Assembly: GCA_043804965.1 (NCBI GenBank)
Contig: JAZDIO010000219.1
Coordinates: forward strand, 1 to 50,974
Source of the DNA: Candidatus Firestoneibacteriota bacterium
Lineage (GTDB): Bacteria > Oederibacteriota > D2-FULL-39-29
DNA: 50,974 nucleotides
Direction of reading: 5' to 3'
The notes under the pieces are model-generated. The model had not been told where the DNA came from. It did no database searches and worked only from the letters and a program-made list of their open reading frames with translations. Shown here piece after piece: positions 27,476-36,777 of this stretch. Within the stretch, counting starts at the first letter, position 1; every line of letters starts with the position of its first letter. Position numbers and translations under genes: made by a program.

Positions 27476-28644
27476 GTAATAAGACGCAAAAAATAGCACT
27501 TATTGCCGTAGGGATCATCGGTTCCCTGATTGGCGTAATTATTATTCTTTCTGTTAATATATCGGCAGGAAGGAGTAAACTCCCGGGAAGGGAAAAGCTC
27601 AGCCCTTCGAAAGAGGCAATGTCTTTACAGAACTCTTTTATCTCTGTCGCGGATCTTGTCAGCCCTGCGGTAGTTAACATAAGCACGGAGCAGATATTGA
27701 AATACCGTTATTACGGTTATGATTACGATGATTTTTTTGACAGGTTTTTTGATTCACCTTATAGGAGGCCTAAAGAAAGATATTACAAAAGACAGGGGCT
27801 TGGAACGGGCATGATTGTTTCTGAGTATGGTTTTATTTTAACAAATCAGCATGTAGTGAGCGAAGTAAATAAAATTACCGTGGTACTTGCGGATAAAAGT
27901 GAATATGAAGCAAGTGTTGTCGCCTTTGATAAAAGCCATGACCTTGCGCTAATTAAGATTTATCCTGAGAACAAGCTTCCGAAGGTTCTCCTTGCGGATT
28001 CAGAAAAGATAAAAGTAGGCGAGTGGGCTATTGCTATAGGTAATCCGTTTGGTTATGATCATACGGTTACGGCGGGAATTGTAAGCGCTAAGGGCCGGTT
28101 ATATCAGAGTAGCGATGAAAACGGCGTAAAGGCGATGCCAAATCTGATTCAGACGGATGCGGCAATAAATCCGGGTAATTCCGGAGGGCCGCTTGTAAAT
28201 ATCTCAGGGGAGGTAATAGGAATAAATACCTTTATTGTGTCCACCTCAGGCTCGTATGCCGGAATCGGTTTTGCCGTGCCGGTAAATGACGCGAAAGAGC
28301 TGCTAAAAAAAATTAAAGGTACTGAGAAAAAAATAGCGGTTCTAAAAAAAGAAAATGTTGCGTATTTCGGGATGAAAGTTGCAAAACTTGATGAAACAAT
28401 GGTTAAAAAGTACGGACTTGCTGTAAAAGAGGGTGTCCTTATTATTTCTGTTGCGGAAGGTTCCGAGGCGGACACTGCGGGGCTTGCTGCTGGCGATGTT
28501 ATAATAGAAATAGATAAAAAACAGGTCAAAACCCCGGAGGATTATGAGAAATTTATTAAAGCTTCAGATGTTAAAGAAGGTGTTCTTCTGGTAGTTAACC
28601 GCCGCGGGGTTATTTATTTTGTTGTGATAACGGGGAAAGAATGA
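27472..28644 (+). CDS. HtrA/DegP-family periplasmic serine protease (one PDZ domain)
   Basis: N-terminal TM helix. Triad context TNQHVV, HDLALIKI, GNSGGPL. C-terminal PDZ (GSEADTAGLAAGDVIIEID). Confidence 0.85.
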   Translation: MSNKTQKIALIAVGIIGSLIGVIIILSVNISAGRSKLPGREKLSPSKEAMSLQNSFISVADLVSPAVVNISTEQILKYRYYGYDYDDFFDRFFDSPYRRPKERYYKRQGLGTGMIVSEYGFILTNQHVVSEVNKITVVLADKSEYEASVVAFDKSHDLALIKIYPENKLPKVLLADSEKIKVGEWAIAIGNPFGYDHTVTAGIVSAKGRLYQSSDENGVKAMPNLIQTDAAINPGNSGGPLVNISGEVIGINTFIVSTSGSYAGIGFAVPVNDAKELLKKIKGTEKKIAVLKKENVAYFGMKVAKLDETMVKKYGLAVKEGVLIISVAEGSEADTAGLAAGDVIIEIDKKQVKTPEDYEKFIKASDVKEGVLLVVNRRGVIYFVVITGKE

Positions 28645-29288
28645 AGAAAAAATCGCTGTTAAATACGCTGATACTTATGTCTGTTATTCTGTTTCTTTTT
28701 GGTTCCGGTTGTACTCAGTTCAGAAAGAGGGATTATAATAAAAAAATTGCCCGGCTTGCGGTGCTTCCTTTTGAAAATTTTAGCAATGATGTAAAAGGTG
28801 CGGAAGTTTCAAGAAAAAAAGTTTACGAGGCGCTGCTTAAGGGCGGTTATGAAGTGCTTGACCTGGAAAAGACAGATGCTCTTCTTCGGGATGTCGGAGT
28901 TACAGACGGAGGACAGCTTAGGGCCGTGGACCTTGCAAAAGTTGCTGAAGTTTTAGGAACAAAAACTTTTGTTACGGGAGAAGTTAAGATTTACTTTCAG
29001 GGGATGTCCTTTGAAGTACTGCCTCTTGGCCTTTTTTTTAAACGCGAGGTTAAATTAAAAATTACTGTATTGGAGGCGTTAACAGAAAAGAAATTATTTG
29101 AAAAAGAAAGAAGCGGGAGAAATTTAGAGCGCGTAGAGGATGATAAAAAAAGTAGTTTTCTTGAAAATCTCGCCGATAGCGCTATAAAAAACGCTGTTTC
29201 TGATACAATATACTCCGGGGCGGAGTTAATGGCCTGGAATATAGCCAAAGAGCTGGTTTACATTATGCCTTATTACTATGAAAATTAA
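28641..29288 (+). CDS. Lipoprotein, DUF799/GNA1162-like
   Basis: Lipobox LFGSGCT. LAVLPFENFSNDVKGAEV...GGYEVLDLEKTDALLRDVG resembles the DUF799 lipoproteins that often accompany CsgG-like genes. Confidence 0.45.
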   Translation: MKKKSLLNTLILMSVILFLFGSGCTQFRKRDYNKKIARLAVLPFENFSNDVKGAEVSRKKVYEALLKGGYEVLDLEKTDALLRDVGVTDGGQLRAVDLAKVAEVLGTKTFVTGEVKIYFQGMSFEVLPLGLFFKREVKLKITVLEALTEKKLFEKERSGRNLERVEDDKKSSFLENLADSAIKNAVSDTIYSGAELMAWNIAKELVYIMPYYYEN

Positions 29289-29306
29289 ATATAGGGAGGT
29301 TTTAAA

Positions 29307-30224
29307 ATGCAAAAGTTATTAGCTGCTTTTATGATGCTTGTTTTTCTTGCAGGGTGCGGCGCTTCTTCCAGAATAGTTAAGGAAGACGCGGTATCCGTAA
29401 AAGTAACACAGAAAGTTGAATCCAGATATACGGGGCCTAAAAGAAGGGTTGCGGTTGTAGAATTTGCGAATAAAACTGTTTATGGAAAGCGGCTGGGAAC
29501 CTCTGCTTCGGATATTCTTGTTTCTGAACTTGGCAAATCAGGAAAATTTATTTTGATTGAAAGAGAAAGACTTGGAAAAATTGTTGAAGAGCAGAAACTC
29601 AGTCTTACGGGTATTATAGACAGCAATACAGCGGCAAGTGTCGGGAATATCCTGGGCGCAAGCGCAATTGTTGTCGGGGCTATTTCTAATTTTGGAGTGG
29701 ATACGGAATCAAGCGGTGTGATTATTACTCAAAGTAAAAGGCAGCGGGCATCCTGTACCGTTGAAGTAAGGGTGGTAGATGTTGAGACCGGAAGAGTTAT
29801 TTATACGGATTCCGGTAAAGGCATTGCAGAAAAATCAAGCGGTACTTTTCTGGGTATCGGTTCTTCCTCGGGTTATGATGAAACGCTTGAGGGAGAAGCT
29901 TTACGAGCGGCAATAGTAAAACTTACGGAAAATATAATATCACAGATAAATGCCGCTCCCTGGATCTGCCATATTGCTGAAATCGCTGAGGAAAAAATAT
30001 ACATTGATGCAGGCAGGTTGTCAGGAATGGAAAAAGGCATAAAATTATCGGTATTTAACCCTGGAAAAGAAATTGTGAGTCAGGCTACCGGCCTGGTTCT
30101 GGGCCGTGAAGAGAAGAAAGTTGCTGTTGTAGAAATTGTTGATTTTCTTGGAGAAGACGGCGCAGTAATAAAGGTATTGGAAGGAAAGGTGCAAAAAGGA
30201 GACCTTTGTAAAATTTATGAATAA
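29307..30224 (+). CDS. CsgG-family lipoprotein with an extra C-terminal beta-rich domain
   Basis: Lipobox FLAGCGA. VAVVEFANKT...SELGKSGKFILIERERLGKIVEEQKLSLTGIID...LGASAIVVGAISNFG matches the CsgG periplasmic domain. Confidence 0.7.
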   Translation: MQKLLAAFMMLVFLAGCGASSRIVKEDAVSVKVTQKVESRYTGPKRRVAVVEFANKTVYGKRLGTSASDILVSELGKSGKFILIERERLGKIVEEQKLSLTGIIDSNTAASVGNILGASAIVVGAISNFGVDTESSGVIITQSKRQRASCTVEVRVVDVETGRVIYTDSGKGIAEKSSGTFLGIGSSSGYDETLEGEALRAAIVKLTENIISQINAAPWICHIAEIAEEKIYIDAGRLSGMEKGIKLSVFNPGKEIVSQATGLVLGREEKKVAVVEIVDFLGEDGAVIKVLEGKVQKGDLCKIYE

Positions 30225-32352
30225 AAAACACGAGTTAATAGGTATTGGCTGGTTTGCTGCTTCACTGTTTCTTTTTATTCTTCTTTTATTCGGGCTTTTA
30301 GCGGGTTCGAATATGGGGCTTGCAGGAAGATTAATAAAAATGGCGTTCTTTTATGTTTTTGGTTATGCTTCTTTTATTGTCCCTGTGATTTTTGGTATTA
30401 TCGGGTACTACGGCTTTAAAAAAGATGAACCCAAAAAGCCTGTTTATAAAATAGGAGGAATCTCTCTCTTTTTGCTTGCGTCCTGTTTGTTCCTGTACCT
30501 TATCGGTGTTTCCGCTGTAAATGAAAATATGCTTGGGTATGTTTTGGGACTGGGTCTGGAAAAACTTGTAAGCAGTATCGGCTCCTGGATTGTTTTTGGC
30601 GTAATGGTAATATTTTCCCTGTATTTTTTGGAGCTGGAATATCTTCCAAAGAATGCGATAACGGTGCTTTGGAAAAAATATCTGGAATGGAGAAAGTTCA
30701 AAAAGGAAAAGCAGGAAGAGAAAAAGCTGGAGAGGTCCAGAAAACAGGAAGTAAAAAAAGCAATAAAAGAGGAAAAAAGGCAAATACAAACATTTGAAAA
30801 GGAAAAAACAAAAACAGAGCCGGTAAGAATAGATGCAACACGAGGGGATTTTAAAGTAAAACCGGCAGAAAAAAGACAGGAAAAAACTTCCAGGTCTGTT
30901 TCAGAAGCGGAGACAGAATCTAAAGCTCCGCAGGGAGAGCTCAAGGAGTATGTCCTCCCGTCGTATTCGCTGCTTGCGGATTATGAATCAGCCGTAAAAA
31001 TGGGTAAAGAAGATTTCAGGGAGAATGAAAATATTATCAAGTTGACTCTTTCTAATTTTGGTATTGAAGTAGAACCGTCAAGGACGGTGATGGGCCCTGT
31101 GGTTACCCGATATGAGGTAAAAGTGGCGGCAGGCCAGAAGGTAAATAAAATTGTTGCCCTGTCAAATGACCTGGCAATGGCTCTGAGAGCCACTCATATA
31201 AGAATAATAGCTCCCATCCCGGGAACCAATGCTGTGGGAATAGAGGTGCCGAATAAGAAATACAGCACGGTTAGTTTAAAAAGCATAATAAGCTCTTCAG
31301 AGTTTAACAATCCTTCTTACCGTCTTCCTGTTTCCATAGGAAAAACCGTGGACGGTGAAAATATGGTTGCGGACCTTGCTGATATGCCCCATCTTCTGGT
31401 TGCCGGTGCCACGGGCGCCGGCAAGAGCGTGTGCCTTAATTCGATAATTGTTTCTCTGCTTTACAAATTCAGGCCGGAGGACCTTAAACTGCTTCTTATA
31501 GACCCGAAAAGGGTGGAGTTTTCACTCTATAATGATATTCCTCACCTGTATACTCCTGTAATTACGGATGTCAGAAAAGCCTTTGAGGCGCTTAAACATC
31601 TTTGCCGCGACATGGTTGACAGGTATAATAAACTTTCCCAAGCTCATGCGAGGGATATTGTATCTTACAATAAGAAAGCCGGGGTAAAACTTCCTTATAT
31701 TGTGGTGGTTATCGATGAACATGCGGATATGATGCTGCTTGCTGCGAGAGAAATTGAAGATGTTATTACGCGGCTGGCGCAGCTGGCGAGAGGTGTTGGT
31801 ATACATCTTGTATTTGCCACGCAAAGGCCCTCTGTTGATGTAATAACGGGTGTTATCAAGGCAAACTTTCCGTCAAGAATCGCGCTTCAGGTGTTTTCCA
31901 AGGTGGATTCAAGAGTTATCCTTGATACGGGAGGAGCGGAAGATCTGCTCGGAAAGGGGGATATGCTTTTTTCTCTCGCGAGTTTTCCCCGTCCTGTGCG
32001 CTGTCAGTGCTCCTATATTTCTACGGCTGAGATCAAGGACATTATGGATTTCTGGAAAGAGCAGGGGAAGCCGGAGATGGTTTCTATAGAAGCTAAAAGT
32101 GAAACGGGTAATGGAGAATGCAGCGATGAAGATAATGACCTTTTCCTTAATGCTCTGGTTTTTGTAAAAGAAAGAAAACGCGCTTCCGTGCAGCTGTTAC
32201 AGGGGGCTTTTCATATCAGCGGGGGAAGAGCGACGAACCTGATTTCTCTGATGGAATCCAGAGGTATAATAGGCCCAGGAATAGGGAATAAACCCAGGGA
32301 TATAAATTTTGATGGAATTGAAGAGATTTTGAAAAAGAACAAAAAGGCCTGA
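30217..32352 (+). CDS. ftsK: DNA translocase FtsK
   Basis: N-terminal TM helices, Lys/Glu-rich linker, motor domain with Walker A GATGAGKS and Walker B VVVIDE, C-terminal winged-helix gamma domain. Confidence 0.9.
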   Translation: MNKKHELIGIGWFAASLFLFILLLFGLLAGSNMGLAGRLIKMAFFYVFGYASFIVPVIFGIIGYYGFKKDEPKKPVYKIGGISLFLLASCLFLYLIGVSAVNENMLGYVLGLGLEKLVSSIGSWIVFGVMVIFSLYFLELEYLPKNAITVLWKKYLEWRKFKKEKQEEKKLERSRKQEVKKAIKEEKRQIQTFEKEKTKTEPVRIDATRGDFKVKPAEKRQEKTSRSVSEAETESKAPQGELKEYVLPSYSLLADYESAVKMGKEDFRENENIIKLTLSNFGIEVEPSRTVMGPVVTRYEVKVAAGQKVNKIVALSNDLAMALRATHIRIIAPIPGTNAVGIEVPNKKYSTVSLKSIISSSEFNNPSYRLPVSIGKTVDGENMVADLADMPHLLVAGATGAGKSVCLNSIIVSLLYKFRPEDLKLLLIDPKRVEFSLYNDIPHLYTPVITDVRKAFEALKHLCRDMVDRYNKLSQAHARDIVSYNKKAGVKLPYIVVVIDEHADMMLLAAREIEDVITRLAQLARGVGIHLVFATQRPSVDVITGVIKANFPSRIALQVFSKVDSRVILDTGGAEDLLGKGDMLFSLASFPRPVRCQCSYISTAEIKDIMDFWKEQGKPEMVSIEAKSETGNGECSDEDNDLFLNALVFVKERKRASVQLLQGAFHISGGRATNLISLMESRGIIGPGIGNKPRDINFDGIEEILKKNKKA

Positions 32353-32356
32353 GACT

Positions 32357-33007
32357 ATGAGAGTATTACTGTTGTTGGTTCTTTTTACGGGTGTTTTTTT
32401 CCCGCTTAACTACGACGAAGCTATTGAAAAGCTTACGGATAGCTTTGATAATAAGCTTGAGACTTTCCGCGCCGAGGTAACACAGGAAGTGAAAATTGCG
32501 GATATGACGGAAGCCCAGGTTCTGAAAGGGACTATAACTATTAAAAAACCGGATAAAATACTGCTTGAATATACTTCTCCGGTAAAACAGAATATAATAT
32601 CCGACGGGAAGACGCTATGGGTTTATTTTAAAGAGCAGAATCAGGTTATAGTCCAGGAGGTTGCAGCCGGAGAGAATAAAGATAATATTATTTTTCAGCT
32701 TCCAAAGTATCTGAAATATCTTAAGGACAGATATGTTGGGAGCCTAAAAGAAGAAGAAAAATATGAAGATAAGGAAGCTGTACTTATGGAATTTGTCCCC
32801 AAGACAGAGGGGGAAGATTTTACAAGAATTAAACTCTGGGTTGATAAAGAAAAATGGCTGCCTTTTTCGACAACGGTATATATAGGAGAAAGTAACAGTA
32901 TTACGGTGCGTTTCTCAAATATCCGAACTAATGAAACTACGGAGGATTCGGTGTTTGATTTTAAGATACCTGAGGGCGTAGAGCAAATTACTTCTTTGTT
33001 GCAGTGA
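32357..33007 (+). CDS. lolA: LolA-like outer-membrane lipoprotein carrier
   Basis: Signal peptide, about 215 aa, with F.A.V.Q......G...IKKP.K.....SP......SDGK.LW.Y spacing typical of LolA. Confidence 0.6.
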   Translation: MRVLLLLVLFTGVFFPLNYDEAIEKLTDSFDNKLETFRAEVTQEVKIADMTEAQVLKGTITIKKPDKILLEYTSPVKQNIISDGKTLWVYFKEQNQVIVQEVAAGENKDNIIFQLPKYLKYLKDRYVGSLKEEEKYEDKEAVLMEFVPKTEGEDFTRIKLWVDKEKWLPFSTTVYIGESNSITVRFSNIRTNETTEDSVFDFKIPEGVEQITSLLQ

Positions 33008-33039
33008 AAAAATAGAAAATATGGCGGGCGGGGGTTTAA

Positions 33040-33768
33040 ATGCAGGAAAACGATATTGGTCCGAAGTTATTGAAGGAAAGGGAATATAAGGGGTTTTCGA
33101 TAGAAAAAGTCAGTGATGACCTGAAAATTCAGGGCAGGTATATTGAGGCAATAGAAAAAGGAAATTTTGATTCGCTGCCCGGCGAGGTATATGTTAAGGC
33201 TTTTTTGAAAACATACGGGGATTACCTCGGATTAAACGGCCGGGAGCTGGTGGAGGAATATAAAAATCTTAAAAAACCTGCTGCTGTAATTACTCCGGAT
33301 ATATTCATTCATCATCCGAAGATCAGGGACAAGAGAAAACGGCTGCCTGTAAAGTTCGAAATTACTCCGGAGATTAAAATTGGAGCGCTGGCAGTTCTGG
33401 TTTTAATACTATTTTTAGTGATGATACTTGCGTTAAAAAGCTGCGTCAGTTCAGCGGGAAAATCGGAGTCAAACGCAAATCTTGAAACCTCGACTATGCC
33501 GCCGCTTCTTCTTGAGGCGGAAGTAGTCACCGATGACTGCTGGTTCGAAATAACAAAAGATAGTGAAGCTCCGGTTAAAGGCATGTATCCGAAAGGGTAT
33601 ACCAGGGAATGGTCGGCAAATGAAGCTTTTTATATAAAGGTCGGAAATAAGAATAATATGAAATTTACTTTTAACGGAAAACATGTGCCTATTGAAACAT
33701 ATAAAGATGATAACAATGTTGTGACTTTTGTTTTAAAACGGGAGGAAAATAAAAAAAATGGCAAATGA
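33040..33768 (+). CDS. rodZ: RodZ-like cytoskeleton protein (HTH, TM helix, DUF4115)
   Basis: N-terminal HTH with ...YIEAIEKGNFDSLPGEVYVKAFLKTY..., a single TM helix, and a C-terminal DUF4115-like beta domain. Confidence 0.7.
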   Translation: MQENDIGPKLLKEREYKGFSIEKVSDDLKIQGRYIEAIEKGNFDSLPGEVYVKAFLKTYGDYLGLNGRELVEEYKNLKKPAAVITPDIFIHHPKIRDKRKRLPVKFEITPEIKIGALAVLVLILFLVMILALKSCVSSAGKSESNANLETSTMPPLLLEAEVVTDDCWFEITKDSEAPVKGMYPKGYTREWSANEAFYIKVGNKNNMKFTFNGKHVPIETYKDDNNVVTFVLKREENKKNGK

Positions 33769-34252
33769 AAGTTCTTTTGACGTGGTGTCCAAATTGAATT
33801 TACAGGAAGTTGATAACGGAGTAAATCAGGCGGTAAAAGAAATTCAGACCAGGTTTGACTTCAGGGGAAGCAAAACAGAAATAATCCTTTCCAAGGAGAA
33901 AAAAGAAATCACGATTGTGTCCGATGATGAGTTCAGACTGAAGATGGTACTGGATATTCTGGAGTCGAAACTTATTAAAAGAGGGATAAGCGTGAAGGTC
34001 CTTAACTACGGGAAGGTGGAGCCTGCTTCCCAGATGACGGTCAGGCAGGTCGCAAAAATGGTGGAAGGCCTAGACCAGGAGAAAGCAAAAGAAATAGTCA
34101 AGTTGATTAAAGGTTTTGGGCTTAAAGTCAACCCTACCATACAGGGTGATCAGGTAAGGGTGGTCGGTAAGAGCAAGGATGACTTGCAGGCGGTAATGGG
34201 GCATTTAAAAGGATACACAAAGGTGCCTTTGCAGTTCACTAACTTCAAGTAA
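33758..34252 (+). CDS. yajQ: YajQ-family nucleotide / c-di-GMP-binding protein (UPF0234)
   Basis: SFDVVSKLNLQEVDNGVNQAVKEIQTRFDFRGSK start and 164-aa length are characteristic. Confidence 0.8.
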   Translation: MANESSFDVVSKLNLQEVDNGVNQAVKEIQTRFDFRGSKTEIILSKEKKEITIVSDDEFRLKMVLDILESKLIKRGISVKVLNYGKVEPASQMTVRQVAKMVEGLDQEKAKEIVKLIKGFGLKVNPTIQGDQVRVVGKSKDDLQAVMGHLKGYTKVPLQFTNFK

Positions 34253-34404
34253 CAAAGAAAATTACGATTTACGAATGACGATTGACAATTTTAAGAGGTC
34301 CACCAAAAAGCGGGTGGATGATATAATAATTATCACATTTAAAAAGACTTTATGGGCAGGTTTTTACGTGAGTAACGTGGAACGTTTTAACTAGGGAGCT
34401 ATAT

Positions 34405-35451
34405 TTGGAGTACAAGAATTATTACGACATACTTGGAATTGATAAGCAAGCTGATGCTAAGACTATCACATCCGCGTATAGAAAACTTGCTAAAAAACAT
34501 CATCCGGACTATAACCCGGGGGATAAAAAGGCCGAAGATAAGTTTAAAGAGATAAATGAAGCTTATGAAGTACTCTCCGACAAAAGTAAAAGAGAGAAAT
34601 ATGACAGCATCGGGTCGGATTGGAATAACTGGCAGCAGTATGCGCAAGGCCAGCCGCACGGCCGTCAGCAACAGTACGGCGGGTATACTTCATCTTCCGG
34701 GAATTTTGATGAAAGTGTTTTTGGAGAAGGCGGCTTTTCTGATTTCTTCAGGACTTTTTTTGGAGGGGCGGGAAAGGAAAGGACCAGTTTTGATTCTTTC
34801 AACAATGATTATTCCCCGGCTGAAGAAGGATCTTACAGAGGTGACATTGATGCAAAGATTGAGTTAGACTTAAAAGACGCATATCTTGGAGGGGAGCGTA
34901 CTTTTCAACTTTCAGTGCAGGAGGAGTGCTATACCTGCGGGGGAAGAGGCGTTATTTCCAGAAATCAGTCCTGTTCTGCCTGTGCGGGTAATGGTATTTC
35001 CGTGAAAGTTAAGAAATTGACAGTGAAGATCCCTCCCTGTATAAAAAACGGATCAAAGATAAGAATTGCCGGACAGGGAAATAAGGGGCGGAATGGAAAA
35101 TCAGGAGATCTCTATTTATCCGTTAAAATACGCCCGCATCATTTCTTTGAGCTGGAAGGGAATAATCTCTCCTGCGAACTTCCTGTTTCCGTGACTGAAC
35201 TGGCGCTTGGAGCAAATATAGAAGTACCTACTTTTAAGAGCAGGGTAACTGTTAAAGTTCCCCGGGGTACTCAAAACGGCTCGGTATTCCGGTTAAAAGG
35301 AATGGGTTTCTGCGCCGCGGGGACTCCGGGTGATTTACTGGTAAAATTGAAAGTTCATCTTCAGAAAAACTTGAGTGAAAAAGAAAGAACACTTTTTGAA
35401 GAGTTGAGAAAACTTGAAAAAGAGAATCCGAGAAGGGGTTTGTCGGTATGA
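34405..35451 (+). CDS. J-domain co-chaperone (DnaJ/CbpA family) with only two CxxCxGxG repeats
   Basis: YYDILGI...YRKLAKKHHPDYN J domain, G/F-rich linker, CYTCGGRG and CSACAGNG, and DnaJ C-terminal domains. TTG start. Confidence 0.8.
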   Translation: MEYKNYYDILGIDKQADAKTITSAYRKLAKKHHPDYNPGDKKAEDKFKEINEAYEVLSDKSKREKYDSIGSDWNNWQQYAQGQPHGRQQQYGGYTSSSGNFDESVFGEGGFSDFFRTFFGGAGKERTSFDSFNNDYSPAEEGSYRGDIDAKIELDLKDAYLGGERTFQLSVQEECYTCGGRGVISRNQSCSACAGNGISVKVKKLTVKIPPCIKNGSKIRIAGQGNKGRNGKSGDLYLSVKIRPHHFFELEGNNLSCELPVSVTELALGANIEVPTFKSRVTVKVPRGTQNGSVFRLKGMGFCAAGTPGDLLVKLKVHLQKNLSEKERTLFEELRKLEKENPRRGLSV

Positions 35452-35505
35452 ACCTCTCCGGGCTTACGCACGGAGTTTCGACGCTAGGAAGTTTTTAGAT
35501 CTTTA
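35447..35505 (+). ncRNA. Structured repeat element, truncated copy C (core hairpin plus second hairpin only)
   Basis: TATGAACCTCTCCGGGCTTACGCACGGAGTTTCGACGCTAGGAAG is near-identical to the - strand of copy A (382-338). It starts within the stop codon of the J-protein gene. Confidence 0.5.
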
Positions 35506-35515
35506 GAGGAGTCTA

Positions 35516-36724
35516 ATGTCTGGTTATAAAAAGATAGAATTATACTTTGATAATATTATTAAAACACTTCTCTGTCTTTTCTTTCTTACCTGCGCGGTAT
35601 CGATTTCCCTTTCTGAAATAGGGTTTTTCGGAGCTTTTTTTGCCTGGATCATCAAAATGGCGTATCTTAGAAAGTTAGAATGGAAGAAAAGCCCTGCGGA
35701 CTTGCCGTTAATTGCTTTCACTATATTAACACTCATTGCGGTTTTTATAGGTGTGGATAAAGCGGGTGAATTGACTAACAGGTTTAAACCATTATCTCTT
35801 ATGCTTGTATATCCTCTCATTGTCAATAATCTGAAGAGCAGAAAATCTGCGAAGGAATTTCTTTTAATAATTCTTTGTTCCGTCCTCTTGCAGTCCATAA
35901 TAATTATCTATAAAGGCCTGACAACGTTAAATTTGTCTCTCGGAATTGGTGTCGGCGGAACAATGAGTGTTACTTTGACTGCGGGGGAAATAATTGCCAC
36001 TACCTTGGGCTTTACTCTGTGTTTCCTTGCTGCTTCTAAGGATAAAAAGATAAAGTATTTTTCAATGATTACTTTATTTGCAGGAATCAGTGCTCTGCTT
36101 TTTACGTTAGCCCGAGGAGCCTGGGTTTCTTTTATTTCCGTAGCCGTTATTTTTACTCTGGCCTGGAATAAAAAAATATTTTTTCTTGTTTTAGCCGTGA
36201 TAATACTTCTTTCCACCGGTGTATTTTATATGAAGGGAAATGTTTTTTTCAGAAAGATTGAGTCAACTTTTGATATGACTCACGGTACAACACCCGTTCG
36301 TTTTGCAATGTGGAGAAGCGGATTTCTAATGCTTAAAGATAATCCTTTGGGCCTAGGCATAGACAATGTCTATAAAAACAGCGAGAAACCTGCTTATAAG
36401 CTTACGGATCCCAAATATCCTAATTTTGGGCATTTACATAATAATTATTTACAAATAGCGGTGGAGCGGGGTGTTTTTGCCCTGGGCGCATTCTTATGGC
36501 TTTTTTTTGTTTTTATCAGGACAAGTTTAATAGGATATTTCAAAGAAGAAGATAAAGAGATAAAATTTGCGTTCTTAGGTTTGTTCCTGGCATTTTCGGC
36601 TTTTATGGTTAGCGGAATGTTTGAATACAGCCTGGGGTCGGCTATTTACGCCCCTATTATATGGGCGTTGGCGGGAATTGTAATGACGATCGGCAATGAA
36701 CGGTTAAGCGAGGTAATAACTTGA
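35516..36724 (+). CDS. O-antigen ligase / O-antigen polymerase family membrane protein (Wzy_C)
   Basis: About 10 TM helices, the motif TLARGAWVSF, and a periplasmic loop with HLHNNYLQ. Confidence 0.7.
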   Translation: MSGYKKIELYFDNIIKTLLCLFFLTCAVSISLSEIGFFGAFFAWIIKMAYLRKLEWKKSPADLPLIAFTILTLIAVFIGVDKAGELTNRFKPLSLMLVYPLIVNNLKSRKSAKEFLLIILCSVLLQSIIIIYKGLTTLNLSLGIGVGGTMSVTLTAGEIIATTLGFTLCFLAASKDKKIKYFSMITLFAGISALLFTLARGAWVSFISVAVIFTLAWNKKIFFLVLAVIILLSTGVFYMKGNVFFRKIESTFDMTHGTTPVRFAMWRSGFLMLKDNPLGLGIDNVYKNSEKPAYKLTDPKYPNFGHLHNNYLQIAVERGVFALGAFLWLFFVFIRTSLIGYFKEEDKEIKFAFLGLFLAFSAFMVSGMFEYSLGSAIYAPIIWALAGIVMTIGNERLSEVIT

Positions 36725-36749
36725 CTAAAGAGCTTTAAGTATGTAATAT
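36721..36749 (+). promoter_or_regulatory. Sigma70-type promoter for the sensor kinase operon
   Basis: TTGACT (36721-36726), a 17-nt spacer, then TAATAT (36744-36749). Confidence 0.5.
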
Positions 36750-36777
36750 AAATGAATAAAAAGGATTAAAAGGGGCC

